Part shown: positions 39,001 to 53,600 of the stretch, in pieces
How the letters are laid out: every line of letters starts with the position of its first letter
How positions within the stretch are numbered: the stretch's first letter is position 1
Origin: Balanoglossus misakiensis
Lineage: Eukaryota > Animalia > Hemichordata
Reading direction: 5' to 3'
NCBI GenBank assembly: GCA_040954595.2
Contig: CM082579.2
Location: 2,968,345 to 3,032,344, forward strand
Length of the DNA: 64,000 nucleotides
Made by a program: the position numbers and the translations under genes
The notes under the pieces: generated by a model
Seen by the model: only the letters and a program-made list of their open reading frames with translations
Databases searched by the model: none
Told to the model about the DNA's origin: nothing

Positions 39001-41625
39001 ATTTGGTGAAAAAAAGGCTAAAAGCAAAATTACCCCTTATTTCAATTACAGAATTGATCGTCCATCCTCAGCGACGGAGACGACACTTCAGAGACAATAA
39101 ACGCGTGGCCAGACCGTCAAATTATTCCAATTACTCCCTGGCTAAAAAGTGACCAGTGCATGCAGTCTCACCGACCATGAATGGTCACCAACGTCTGCGG
39201 GTGAAGGAGGCAATTTTCGAGCAAAGTACAGCCACCGGCCGCTCATTGATTAGTGACTGACGCGCGAGTATTCTCAGTGGAAGCAGGCGATTCTGCAGAG
39301 TGCATTACCGTGAAAAGAAGTCATGAGGGGGAGGGGCGGGTAACTGTATGCCGTCTGATTGTCCGCTGCACTTGACCACTGCTTTCACGGTGGCCGGTCT
39401 TCCAATGGGGTTTTTGACGCCATTAACACTTAGTATCTCGCGTCGGGACAAACCTCTGCAAACGTCAAAGTGCCATTATTAAAACACAAGAATTGGTTAT
39501 CAATGGCCTGAAACGCGAAACGGTTAAACGTGATGTTGGTTTAGTCAACTACAAAGCGTGTACAGTACATCGAGGTAAAGTTTCGGCTGAATGTTTGAGT
39601 AACTCCGCGACACTGTCGATGGACGCGCATGCATCAACAACACGTACTTGAGCGCTTTCTATTGTAAACTGAGTGCACACGCACAGTACCGTGCCCATCG
39701 AAATCTATTCAACATTACGTTCGGAACAAATGCCGATGTTAAGGCCAGTCTCTGACTGCGTCTTTGTGATGTCCTGTCTTGACCGACATCTTTTCTGACG
39801 GGAAACAATGCCGAATTCAGTCGTCAAGGCTGCTCGGCGTCGTAAAATCGTAGCTACTCATCCGTTGAACGCCATGAAAGGGCCACCATTATACATCATG
39901 AACTTTTTGTTCTTCTCAGAAGTCTATAGTCGGTCAAGGAGCTGGAACGCGCGACATAAGTAGCGCGTACCACGCAGTCAGAACTGAAATTAATTTAACG
40001 AGAATTAAAGTACATGTGTCACTGATATACTTAAAGTGCCATTTTCGTGCGCATTTGTTGGGGGGGGGGGGAATCGCATCCTTTCCCGTTTCGTTTGATA
40101 TTTTGGTTTTCACGAAGTTGTGGTCTTTAGAAACGCGTTGATTGCAGCGAAAGTTTCTCTGTGAAGGCAAGTTATTTGAAGAGAATTTCTTTTCGATTTG
40201 CAACTAAAAGACCCTGTGTGAGGGGGATGCAAATGGAACAGTGCACTAGCATGGGTCCAAAAGTCACCAAATGGTATGGCCACGGAAATGCGGACTTGTT
40301 GCATCGGGAATGTTATGACATTTCATCGGCTCGGAAAATCAAACCACTTCGTATTCAAATCGGCTCTTTTCATCTCATGTGACGCAGTATCAATGTCACA
40401 GTCATATCACCACAATCGTATAATTTGTCACCGGGGCTCTTTTTTTTTTGGGGGGGGGTATAATTTGACATCGACTGCACCTGTGGTGTGTCCCTGGAGA
40501 GAACAAATTGTACAGGCCGCCGTGATATATTAGTAGCCGTCGGCTTTAATCAAATCCACGCAACCTGTTTTGTCCCTCTTTTGCGTTCGTTTGCGCGCTT
40601 TAGGTAGACCGCTGTACGTATCAACAGTGTCCCGCTTTGACATTGAAAAAAGGCCGTAAAAATCGCCGTACTTCTTCTCTTCGTAGTCTACTATTGGAGA
40701 CCTCGCTCTGTACTGATGTTCATTTGTCTTTGTATCTGCGTTGACATAGAAACGCTTATAAGTTACGCTTAACGTTGAGGGCACTACATGCTTCTGTACG
40801 GTACTTCTGCGAGTGTATGAGATGCAAACTTGCTTCAGTTTACAATATTTTCGTCCTGCTTAGTTCATACACAATACAGAAGTACTTGCATTTAGACACA
40901 GAGTGTGGACAAGTACAGTATATCTAAAACCCATAAAATGTCTGTATGTGCATCATGTGAGATCAATATCTACACTAATATTAATTAATCTGATGCACTA
41001 TTAATAAATCAACTTCTGATCGAGCCTCTCTGATCACAAAATGGCGGGCTAGCCAAGTCGGGGGGGAAACATGACACCAAACCTTTTGAACGTCTCCACG
41101 CTGCTGTAGAAGACAGCGGTGAAGCCCCACGGAACGCATGCACAACACAAATACTATACACTCAGGCACTTCTGATATAAGTCAAGATACCACTGCTGCA
41201 AACGACCCACAGCTGTAGTGTTGCCACCAGGTGCTTTTAAATTAATCTGGCTGTCCTCAGAGTCAGGGCGAGCACTTCGGAGGGGGGGGGGGGGGCAATT
41301 AGGGCAAGATATAAATAATACACAGTCTTCTATATAGAGTCTGTGGGTTTTTTCGGATGTACTGCCCAAGGAAAGGGTTATCTGTTAGCATTGTACCAGT
41401 ACATGCTGGTTCAGAGATAACACGATTGATGTAATTTGAAGAGGGGAGGGTAACTCTAATGGGAACACAGCATGACCGACACTGACGAATCAGAATCTAG
41501 CATTCTAATGCAACAATTTAATTGGCCTCGAAGATTAATAGTTACTGCAACACTTTCCACATTTGACCTCTCAATTCAAACCCATGCAAATACCTCCCAT
41601 GTATGTTATACTACCATGCTTTGAC

Positions 41626-44600
41626 CTATTTCCTTTTCCTAGACTGTGATCTGGTCACTCTGTGCACAGGCACTGCGTCTAGAAGCAGCGACTCGTCTAA
41701 CTGCGACAGCCGCAATGCCAGCAACGCATCCTTCTCTTCGCTGTTCTCTGGCTCGCTGTCGTTGCCAGCATTACACTCTGTCGATGTGTAGCTACCAGTG
41801 TTGTCAGGAGGTTCTATCTCTTGTGGTGCTGTTGACGAGATCTCCTGCTGTGGATGTGAATCTGCTGTCTCAACCTTTCCAACAGATTCTGATGCTCTTG
41901 GAACGTCTTCACTTGGCATGACAGGAGCATCTGTTTTGCTATCTACAGTTACGATCTTTCCAGGTCTTGCACTTTGCCCCATTTCTGTTATATACTCTTC
42001 TTCCTTTAGCTCTACACCTCCGTCAACTGCTGTGAACTTTCCACCATCACCAGATTCAGCATTAGAGGCTACTTTGTCACAGTCAACCGTATGATCTGTT
42101 TCAAGATAGTCACTGTGTTTGTTAGTGTCTTTTGTTTTCATATTGTCTACAACACTGGTTTTGGCAATCTGCATAGCTTCGATCTCATCAATATTACTGG
42201 TTTGACCAAAATCCATATCAGCTTTGCCATCATCTACACTCATATTTTTATTATCTATTTCACTTGTCTTCGTTCTGTCTTCACTCTCGACTCCAACAAT
42301 AGCAGTCTCTTCTGCGACACTTGTCTTCTCTACAGCATTTTCTGATACATCTATTTTTGTCGCTTCATCTCCAATGTTAGCCTGGCTTTTCTTCACAGAA
42401 GTCACCGTGGTTGATCTGCTTGGTGGCCTGAAGCCCCTCCGGACAGCCTGTGGTACTGGGCTGGGCAGAGGGCTTAGGGGTGGTGGTGACGGAATTCGGC
42501 TCAGATAGTCCGGAGTTTCCAGCTGATGGTGGGAACCGAAATCTTGTCTCCTGATGACGCTGAGTAACCTTGTCTTGCTTCCTGGTTGGACAGGAGTGAC
42601 AGGGCCACTCGGTCCGATTCTCGCACTGCCTGGTCGCATTGACCGAGGTGTGACTGGGCCTCCTGTGTTTAGTGCACTGTTCCCAGGCATTGATCTTTCA
42701 TTTTGTTTCAGTGCTGGTGTGCCGCCCCCTTGGTTGGTGTTGCCAGAAAATCTACTGAGTGTCCTACTGCTCCAACCTGTGATTGGAGTGGTCCGTGTCG
42801 CAGCATTTACTGTGTGACTTCCCCTGTGACTTGACAATACCGGTGTCAGGGGCCGTTCCATACCAGGAGTAGAACCCTGTCCTGTCATCTTAGATCTGAA
42901 GCTTGTAGATGGTGTTATAACCGGAGTCCTATACGCTGTCCTACTCTGGAACCTATCCGGAACCGGAGTGACCGCTGAGGAACTTTTCCCAAATATCACT
43001 GAATCCATGATGTCTTTCATGTTTTCTATGAACGACTTTGAATCCTGGAAGAAAAGTAAAACCTATTTGGAATATTGTAATCTAGGATGGAGGAGGGTGG
43101 GTACTTGTATGATGTGCTACATGAAGGTGTAATTTCTGGCTTGCTATGCCATAGAGGAAATGAGAGCCAGTTGCTGTTTGGCCAATTTTGGAGTGGGTGA
43201 AGTTCTTTGACCAATCAGCTTGAATGACCCCCTTGGTGAAAACACACCTGTAGTGTAAGCAGTGAAATATGCACACAGATCAATTTACCTTGATTTGGTT
43301 TTGCAATTCTGCCAATGCAACCTTTAGATGATTCTCTCTTGGTTTCTGTGTAAACACAGACAAGTCACCAGAATAGACACACGGCAATCTTGATCTGTCA
43401 TCTGATCTCCACTGTAAATTAGCAGCGGCTATGAAGTTCTTGGCTTTCATCACATCCTCAGCATATTGATTCTGGAAATAGAATTGCAAATGGTAAGTCT
43501 TGGACATGCTTGCCAAGCACATGTATTTGAGTATAACATGTCTTGGTAAAAAATACAACCATCCACCAAAAAACTCTGTTTTCAACTAATTTTGACATGT
43601 CCATATATCACTGTTGTTTGGTTGTTATGCAAATTAGCAGGGCTGGTTTCATAGTGTCATTAGCGTATAGACTAGTTAATGTGATGCTGTGTGTCTAAAC
43701 AGTTACATGGATGACTGTGCAACTCACCTGAACTCCTCCCCAGAACTTGATAGCAATAAGGTTTTGATTGACATCTGCTATGTACACACTCTGCAATCCA
43801 CTGCTGGTACTGCAATTTATAGCATGAAAAGTGATTCAAGTTGGGTTTTAGTGTACTTGAAAGGAAGAAAATTATTACTGGGATTTCTATTCTTCCTGTC
43901 ATTTGATGGTTGTCAAGTAAAATTGTCATATGATTACTTGCAGCTGTGGGAGATTGTTTTTAGAACTGATGTGTGTTCTATAACAGACAGGTACAACGTA
44001 CTCACCCAGATAATCCTGACACAAACACCACCAGCCCAACGACATCTACTTCATTGTAGGCCGGCTCAAAGAAGCGTGAACTCATCTCACCCAAGTCGGT
44101 TGGCATTCTGGGTTGGTAGACAAAGTCTCTCACATCAGTGCGTGCGGGCAGTTGCTTGTATCTGGTGGTCCTGGTGGATGACAGCTGGATTTCACTGCTT
44201 CCATGTCGACTCCTGCATGGAATGTCAGAGTCAGTATGGATTGGAAAGAACATTGCACGGCCCAAGTGGCATTTGGGAATATTTAGATTTATACTCATTA
44301 AAATAAAATGTGTACAGCATGTCATTGTCAAGGTCAGACTGAACACTGCGTACCTGCCAGCAGAAGTCGACAGGTTGTATATCTTGAGTCTAGCACCCTC
44401 ACTCAACAGAGTCGTGACGTCTTCCGAAGGTCTCCAAATTGTCAGGATGCAGCTTGTGTTTTGTTCGCTCTCGGTGTGGCCGGTCACTCGAACTTTAAAA
44501 ATGCCGGTTACATTTCTGCTGGCCGGAAACTGTTACAAGAGAGATGCAAGTGGTAGCAAGACAAAATTTTAATTCACCAGATTCTCATGACATTTCTGCA

Positions 44601-47600
44601 TGTGTTTTTATACAACTTAAATGTTTTGAGAGAATTCTAGTGTCAGTTTCAAATCTCACCTCTTCAGACTGTTCGTCTAGAGCTTTCCTGAACTCTGCTT
44701 GCAGTTCAAGTTGCTTCTTCTCATTCAGAGACTGTCTGTAGGAATGTAAGCTGACCAACTGTCTCTCACTCAGGTAAGCCTAGTGGAACATGAACAAGTG
44801 TCAATTCACAGAATACTAGAAATTAACTTTTGCGCTGAGCAAGCAACACAACATTGCCCACGATGCTGATGGAGAAGCAAACACATTTAGAAAGGGCAAA
44901 GTATGACTCAGAATTTCCACACAAAATATCTAACCCTCCAAACACAGGCATGTTTGAAATGTTGATTGTGGTTTATTTGTTATTTACCTCAATGGATGAT
45001 GGATCAGTGGCACTCTGGATGGCATCATAGATTTCCTGTCCTCTTTCTAATTTCTCAATCTCCCTGATTGTCATTTTCTTAGAACAACTTCTACCCCGAG
45101 TTTTCTTGCCTGTAAAAGCCAACATATATTTATAAACATCAAATATGTAATTCTGGATGAAAAACCTGGACACCACAGGGATTGAAAAAAAAAATTTGCA
45201 CTGAAACTTACCCGATGAGGTGGCTTCTTGTCTTTCAAACTTTTCCTGTATTTTGCCATAAAGCTTTTCAATTCTTTTCTGCTTTTCTCTCTCAAACACC
45301 TCACCGGCCATCTGTTCAGACTTTGAGTTGCGAACAACATTAGTACCATCGCTGAGCCTCTCCACATACTGCAATGCAAGAATATCCGATGGCTGAGCAC
45401 TCAATCACAATGTTCATACATTGTGAAATTGTATACTACAGTCAAACCTTTGACTGTGGAAGTGGTCAATATATAGTATATCTGATCTTTTAAACTGCTG
45501 TAACATGAGTTAACCACAGTTCACTACACCTGAATGACCAACTCACCTGCATAGGATAGCACCTGACGACCATCGCATCAACACAGCCAACTAAACCACC
45601 GTCTGAGTAGAGCGTGTTCAGCAGCACAGGGTAGGGATGTGGTGGGGTCTGATAGCCAAGACGTGCGTCGTACCGAGCTCTGCGTGTGGAGTTGGCACAG
45701 ATCTTCAGGGCCAGGTTACTTGGAGCCTGTTGGGGGCGGAAAAGACGTGGACTGATCAGACTCTTCAGAAATGCTCCCTGTATGCTTAAAACTGCTTTGA
45801 CCAAACAGAACAAAAAATGTTTTTTTTTTCAGATGTAATACCTCAAGGGGAGTACACGCATCTTGAGAACCAATCAGCTCTGCTCCATATATACACAGTT
45901 TTGTCCCAGTTTGTATTTTGCCACTTGATACAAGTTTGGTCAGTGGTCTGTCTATCACAGTCTTCACTCCATACCACCCGTCGGTCAGCTCTAGGGTCAT
46001 GCATGGACCTCGCTCCTGAGTCTACAAACAAATAGCCCAACAGAAACATATTTTCAATCATGAAATCCTAAAAGGGGAAGGTCTCATTTCAAAGGAAAAA
46101 AACTACAATAATATCCCATGACATCTCTTTATACAATACAGCTAAAAAGACATCAACACGTGACCTTTGTAAAAAATGTAAAGATACATTTGTGCCCTTG
46201 GACACTGTATTCACACAATCCAGCAATACAGAACCAGCGAAATTCTTAATCATAAAAAATAAACAGGGGCCACAATTGAGACCAAGTGAGTTTACCTTAT
46301 TCACAGATGACCCATCACTGCTCTGATCACTGGTCTTTGCTTGATCTGTGTCTGTGTTCACAGAGATGGCTGATACACACAACACAAGTCTCCTAGACGG
46401 CGTGTCGTCTCTCTCTAGCATCTTCTTGATGGCAGATCTGTGACTGAGATCAACTTCCCGGTCATACCGATACTTCAGTTGTAACATAACCATGTCAGGC
46501 TTCAAATATCTGAGGAAGAAAATGAACAGATCGCTAGACATGGTTCAATGTGGGACAGCAGTAAGGAAAAAGTGTCGTTGCTTGACTACAGTGAACTAAC
46601 CTTGCGGCAAAGACGTTGGGGTATGCTACCTCCATAGCAGCTAATTTCCAGACAATCCATCTGTAATGATTGAACACCCAGTCTTCAGTGATCAGCCTCG
46701 AATCCACACCGGGTGTACTGTACAGGGCCCTGCAAGCCAATCACATCCAATATTTATTGAAGATGAGTTTCATCTGGTGAGCTGTCAGTGCCCATAATGA
46801 TGCATGCGACTTCAGTATCAAATATCCACGAATCAATGCATGCAGTATGTACAACACATTTACCTCAAGAACTGCTCTTTTCCAGCTGTGCCATTCTCAT
46901 CGAGATGCAGAACACCACCATCAGTCAGTGGGATGCCATCTTCGTTAGCACAGGTGCTGTCACTGTAGTGGTCCCGGCCTTGGAATCTGTAGTTCTCTGC
47001 ATTGCTGCATTTGACACTGATAGTGTCTGGTTGTACTCCAAGGGTATACAGCTGGAAAACACAGCATAGATGACATTTTTGAATTAGTCAAATAATGAAC
47101 TGAACTCGCCTCAAATCTCATCTAATCTGTCACACATACAGCCCTCATCTACACACAGTCTTATTTTGTGGATAACCCTACTACATATTGACATACACGG
47201 ATATGTCATTCTATTGAAAACACTGTGCACATTCTACTAACCTCCTCCTCCGTGTAACTGCAGGGCGTTTGACCAGTAACCATGTCATGCAGAGCGATTC
47301 TTGGCTGACGTAATCTCCTGCTGTATAAACTGCCTGTGATCGGTTTGACTGTTGTCCTCTGCAAACAAAATAAAACCATTGTTTATTCTTCTGGTGCATA
47401 TTTCAAAGCAGATGTGTGAAAGGTATATTTAACAGAATTATCATCCACATACACATATATAGCAATTACCTGGGTGTCTTGTTTCCTTGCTTGCATGGCT
47501 TTTGCTGTCCATGTGGAACACTTAGGTGTCTGTCCGGGACCCCGTTTTCTTGCAGTGTCCGGCTGTCTCTGTGCCACGGAATGCAACGAAGCCGGCATAC

Positions 47601-50600
47601 TATTCCGCCGCCTACCCAGTTCCACAACCACAGTTTTCGTGTCTTCAGGTCCGCCACCTTTTTCTTCTCCATGGTTCAGATCAGCTTTGCTTTTCTTCAG
47701 AGGGGGACAGAAGACCTGTTTGTCATCCATGGTGCTAGTTGTGCCATCGTTGACTACCTTCTTGCCGGCATTATTCCGGAACGGTGTCCTGAAACTGGCG
47801 GCTTTCCCGGTGATGATCCTCTGCTGTTTTGGGGCGGATGATGATTTCCTGGCAGCATCCACAGGAACACTCTGATTTATGGATTTCAATGCCGGACCTG
47901 GCGTACCATGTTGCCCTGGTGAACTACCATGAAGAACAGCAGGAGGAGTAGACACAAGTGGTCTCATGGAACGTGTTGGCTTCAGTGTCCTGTCATGAAT
48001 GAACCCTACAAGACAGAAAATATGGATGAAATTGAGAGGGGCAGTAACTTTAACATTGTACAAACTACTCACAAGGTTTCCTATAAAAAGTATAATTTGA
48101 GGCAGTGAGATTTCATAACAAAGAGGACAACTGTGGCTTTAAAACTTACCTGCTGGTGTTGAGTGTAGAGGTTTCAACTGTGTTCGTGGAGTTTTTCCCT
48201 GAATAGGAGTTGCAATGTTGGCTTTCTTGTTTGGTGGCTCTGTGAAATGAAAAGATCAGCGAGGTTTAAGCTTGTTTTTTTTCTTTGGACTCAAAGAATT
48301 GAAAAAAAAAATTGTTTTCTCACAAATTGCTGAAACTAGGAGAAATGCAATGGATGAAAGAGATGAGTTATTGTTGTCATGGATACCCTTACCTTCTAGT
48401 CCAGTGCTCTGGTAAGTTCGTTTTGTTGGTAACCTGTTGATAACACCACCATGGTTGGCAGCTTTCATGCTATCACAACCAGACATCTTTGAGGAGCCAC
48501 CGTCCTTCTGGGATTGGATTCTCTCCAAGTGCCCAGCCGTCTCATCTCTGGTTGTCCCTGTATCACCACTCCTGGTATTTGAATCCTTCCCTAGTCTCGT
48601 ATGCTCTGACAGTTCTGTGTCCGCTAGTAGTCTCTTGGCTTTGGAGATAGATTCAGCAGACACCTTAACAAGCTTGCCAGATCCAGTCTGAAATCCTACA
48701 GATGCTTTTGTCGGGTTGGGAATTGTTGCGTCTACATCATCATGGATGAATTCTTTGGCCTTATTCAAGGCAGAGGCAGACACAGTCACAGTGCTGCCAC
48801 TGGCAGTTTTGAACAAACTCATTTCTTCGCCCTGTGCTAATCCACCTCCCTGATCTTCCCGGGTCTCATCCTCGGCAAGAAGCCTTCTGGCTTTTTCCAA
48901 GGATTGTTCTGAAACACTGACGCGAGTTCCTGCCGCAGTCTGAAACCCGGACATGGCAGGAATGCCAGTCTTTGTACATGGATTGTTGGCTTCAAGCCCT
49001 GTGCTGGCATCGCCCAGTAAGTCCTTTGCCCTTTCGAGTGCAGTGTCAGACACAGCCACTCTGTGGCCACTTGCTGTTTTCAATCCTCCAAAGTGTCCTT
49101 CCATGGTCTCTGTGTCGTTTACATCATCGACCGTACACAAGAAGTCCCTGGCTTTTCTCAGCGAGGATTCCGATATCTGAACAGCAGATCCCCCAGCAGT
49201 TTGAAATCCAAGGAATGGTTTCGTCGCTTGTGGACAAACAGGTTTCCTTGTATCAGTTGGCTGATTGTTCATTTCTGTGTCACTGGCTTTAGAAACACTC
49301 CTGGCTTCCTTGAGTGCCTCAGCTGATGTGTGAGCCTTGTTTCCATGAGCTGTTTGAAAGTCTACAAATCTTCCTGGGATGGAGTTACTTTCAACTATCT
49401 TAGACTCATCACCCAGCCGTGCCTCATCATCAAGAAGACACTTCGCTTTCTTCAAAGATTCCTCAGAGATGACCACTTTCTTTCCTGCAGCTGTTTGGAA
49501 TCCTGTAAACTCTGTCACATTCTCACGAAAACTTCCATTGTCAGCATTACCTGCATCAGCCAACAAACATTTTGCCTTCTCTAGCGAGGCCTTAGACACT
49601 CTCACTTTGTTTCCACTTGCAGTCTGAAAACCAATGAACGGCTTTAGTGGACTCGTGTTTCCAGTCTCATCCCTTTCAGAAATGCATTCAAAATCAATGG
49701 TTTCTTTCTCAGGCAAATCAACTTCACTTTCAGAAAATAGTTTCCTGGCTTTCTCTAATGAATCTTCAGACACACTGACAGGCTGACCGCTGGCCGTTTG
49801 AAATCCCCCAAATTCTGTCGTATTCACACTTCTTTCAACTGACTGCCTGTCGGTTTCCAAAACACTCTCCCCGACCACTCCACCATTCAGGACATCACCA
49901 CCACTTCTGTCTGCTTGAAGTGCTTCACAGCTTTCCACAGTTTCCTCAACCAACACAGTGGCGCTTTCGATATTTTCACCATCCTGCACACAATTCTGAA
50001 TGTCAGTGACATTTGAATCCACATTGGTACTAGCAATAGCATTACTGTCATCCTTACTAATGTCTCTCTTAGATTCGTTGTCAACTTGATCATCTCTGCA
50101 CAGATCCTCTTCCATCATCTTCCATGCAAAGGCCAGCGACTCATCAGAGATGTGGACTTGGTGACCACTGGCTGTTTGAAAACCACTGAACACGCTCCCA
50201 TCATGCGCTGGTCCCTCGACAGATTCCCCTTCAACTTTTCCACCTTCCTCTTTCTCTTCTCTGACTTGACTTGAATTTACACATGGTATTCCCAACAGAA
50301 CTGCTTTACTGGTGGAGGTCGTCTTAGACTTGTCAAAGTTCAGGAAAACCTCATCATCTGTTGACACATCCAACTCATTATTTAATGTTCCTTCTGGGTG
50401 TGACTTGTATTGGGCATTTTCTGGCATTGGAGAATTTTCTCCTGAATCCAAAGGTACACTTTGATTGCCATCTCCAGCAGAATCAACTCTAGCTGACACA
50501 TTACCTTCCTTTGTAGTTGTTTCTTTAACTGTTTGCGCTGGTGTGTTGGCCTTTTCATTCACCCTATTTCTGTCTCTCTGCAAGCCTGCAAATTTCACCC

Positions 50601-53600
50601 CATCTTGAGAGTTTTCACCGTCTTTGAGAATGTCGTTGTTCATGTTGTTCAAGTCGTCCTCTGTGATTCCAGCCATCTGCATCTCTAGCTCTTCCACAGC
50701 TTCCAGCTCTCGCTTGACTTGTGTGGCGGAGAAGAAATCCTCTGTGAAAGAATCATGCAAGGCTTCTGACTCCTCGTGGTCATCTGTCTGGTTTTTCTGA
50801 TCCTCATTTATTTCCTCAACGTTACCACCCTCAGCGGTAGGCTTCTCTGCACACTCTTTACCTTGTCCAACATACTGTGCTTTGGGTTGACCACAGGCTG
50901 TGACTCCAGAATTCTCCTGGTGTGGTGGTGTCTCAGCTAACTTGGTGGGTTCAGTATTTCTTACGCCAACTTTACCTGGAGGTTTGAACGGCCTGAAGCC
51001 CTTTGGAAGTCTTCGTAGATCCCTCTGTGGCGTCTGTAAAGACTTTGTACTCTGACGACCAGTGGAACCCACAAGTGCGGAAGTTGGTTCAATCAGTGGT
51101 GTCTCGCTCATTTCAATTTCACTCACCAACCTCTTGGCTTTTTGCATCGCCGCAGCAGAAATGTTAATGTTCTTGCCACTAGCTGACGCAAAGCCGGCAA
51201 AAGGTGTTTCATCTGCTGTCCCACTGTCTACGTTGTCAACATCAGCAATCAACAATTCCGCTTTCCTCATGGCTGTGTCAGAGACACTGATGCTCTTCCC
51301 ACTGGCTGAAGTGAAGCCTGTCATAGCTTGCGCGGGTGTGGTTGTAACGGTTTCACAAACCACTCGATCACAGTCTGAAAGTTCTTTTTTCACTGTACTG
51401 TCTCTGACTGAGGTACTTTGTTCAGCTGCAGTTATAAATCCGTGACACATTGCACTTTCACTGGGGATTAAATCGCCATCAATATCGTCAAGCAGAGACT
51501 TTGCTTTCCTCATGGCAGTGTCCGACACAGGGATGTGTTTTCCACTCGCAGACGTGAAACCTCCAAATGAAGCGCTTCCATCTGAGGCACCAGCAAGACC
51601 TTCATCCACTTGCTGCAGTAGCAACTGGGCTCTTTTCATGGCCGTGTCTGAGATTGCAATATTCTTGCCACTAGCCGAGGTGAAACCGCCAAAACCACCA
51701 CCACCTTGGACCTCACCAAATGACACCTGTGGTGGCACTATTGATTCAGCTGGGGATTCTGATACTTCTGGATCAATTCTGTCACCGGTGGCACTTGGTG
51801 GTCTTTGTCTTGAGTTGTCTTCCTGATCTTGATCAACTTCACTGATGAGCTTCCTGGCTTTCATCATGGCAGACTCAGAGACTGCAATTTTACCACCAGA
51901 TGCAGTCGAGAATCCAGTAAATTGAGTTGAGAGGCCCTGATGGGTTGCAATATTTTTAAAACTTGTGTCTCTTTGGTATATTTCTGAAGTGGCAGTGTGG
52001 TTGCTATCCTGAATGTGTGTATCGCATTGTTCATACACAATACTGGTATTACAAGCACCTTTTGGACTATACTTTGATCCTGCAGGTTCGTTTGCATCAT
52101 AAAAGTTGCCTTCTTGGACTTTGGGCATTTTGCTAGCCTGAGTTGTTTCAATTCCAGTTTTGCGAAATGAACATATTGCACTTTCAGAAATGGCAGTTTT
52201 GTTAGTGAAAGTTTTAAACCCACTGGTACTGTCGAGGTGGGCTTTCATAGTCTCAATGTTCCCAGCATTACATGCTTTTAGAGTTGAAGGCAGTGTAGTT
52301 AGTGCAGCGTGCGGCGATACCAGTTCATTGGCGTTCTTCCTAGGTGATACATCCCAAGTTTTTGCTTTCATCAGTAGACTGCACACCACACTCCTTGAAC
52401 CTGTAGGTGTTGTGTCCACGGACATCCTAACAATTTGTACTGCGTCTGTCGATTTGCTGCTACCAGGGTGTCCATCGCTGAAACTGACATCACTTTTGTT
52501 TCTGCCGATTGGTGATCCAGTACTACCCGTTATTGCACTGGCAGGTTTGCCGCATACAGACACTGCATCTGTTTTCTGTTTCTTGGCTGCCGGCTGGTAG
52601 AAGTTCCCGACTCTCCTCCTGCAACCAAGCCCTGAGTTTGTCGCCGTCTCTCTGCTGGTGCGTGGTGTTTCATACTTGCTGACACCCCTGGATATGGGAG
52701 GTGCTGACAGATGTCCTTTCTGAACCATGGCATGAGTGGTTGTCTGTTGTGGCTCAACTGTCTTCATGTAGGCTGTGAAGGACACAAAAGAATCTGCAGA
52801 CAGAAAAACAATGTCGGGCATAATGTTAAAAAGATGTTACACTGTGTTTGACAGCTAGAACCATACCTAAAATCTACTCCTGAAAAATCAGTCTTTGATG
52901 ATTGTAATGTAAAGTGTATGTTTATCAGTTATTGACTACTGAATAACAATTACACTTACCAGCACTTCTCCTGGGAATGGTTGGCGTACTGCTGTTGATC
53001 GAGGAACATCCCTCATCACTGGTCATGCCACCCTTCTCTGTTTTGACTTCTGTGCTTTTAGGAGAATTTTCCACAGGTCTCATCCTCGAAATCAAGGACT
53101 TGGGCTGGAAGTGGCTCCTTGTGGCTGCCCCCCTGTTTGATGGATAATAGAACTTCTTCATATTCTGCGATTTGGATATGCTTTTGAACACTGCGGTTTG
53201 TGAGTCGGGGTCCCCTGCCTTGGCACAGCTGCTGGTGTTGGTGGATTCCTGTTTGCTGCATGCGTTTGCTGGCGTGGTACCGCTGGCTGTGCCTTGTTGG
53301 CCACATCCGGCTTTTGGTTCAGAACAGCTGGCAGTCAGAGCATTATCATCCCGGCTCAAATTCTCCGACTTAGTTCTGCTTGCAATACAGGTATCTTCCG
53401 GGTTACTTTCTCTTCCATGGCTGGCACTGTGTGCAGGACTGGCACTGGCCAATTTGTTAGTAGCACCACGCTGATATGAACGTTCATGCATTTCCTTTAC
53501 ATTGCGTTCATTTCTGCCGATCACATTCTCACTTACACCCTGTACTCCATCCTGCAAATCTTTTCCTATTCCCAGTTGACTCGGTGATGTCCCCGTCTGT

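Noticed and set aside
28000-41600. ORFs between Gsx and BRCA2 (38042..38593; poly-Asp ORF 35826..36077); possible CHIC gene
   Set aside because: No family motifs seen; the poly-Asp/Gly run is simply the CAT/CAC microsatellite.
48615-51925. Repeat-spacer periodicity resembling an array or CRISPR
   Set aside because: Protein-level BRC repeats in a continuous eukaryotic ORF; nucleotide copies are divergent and there are no cas genes.
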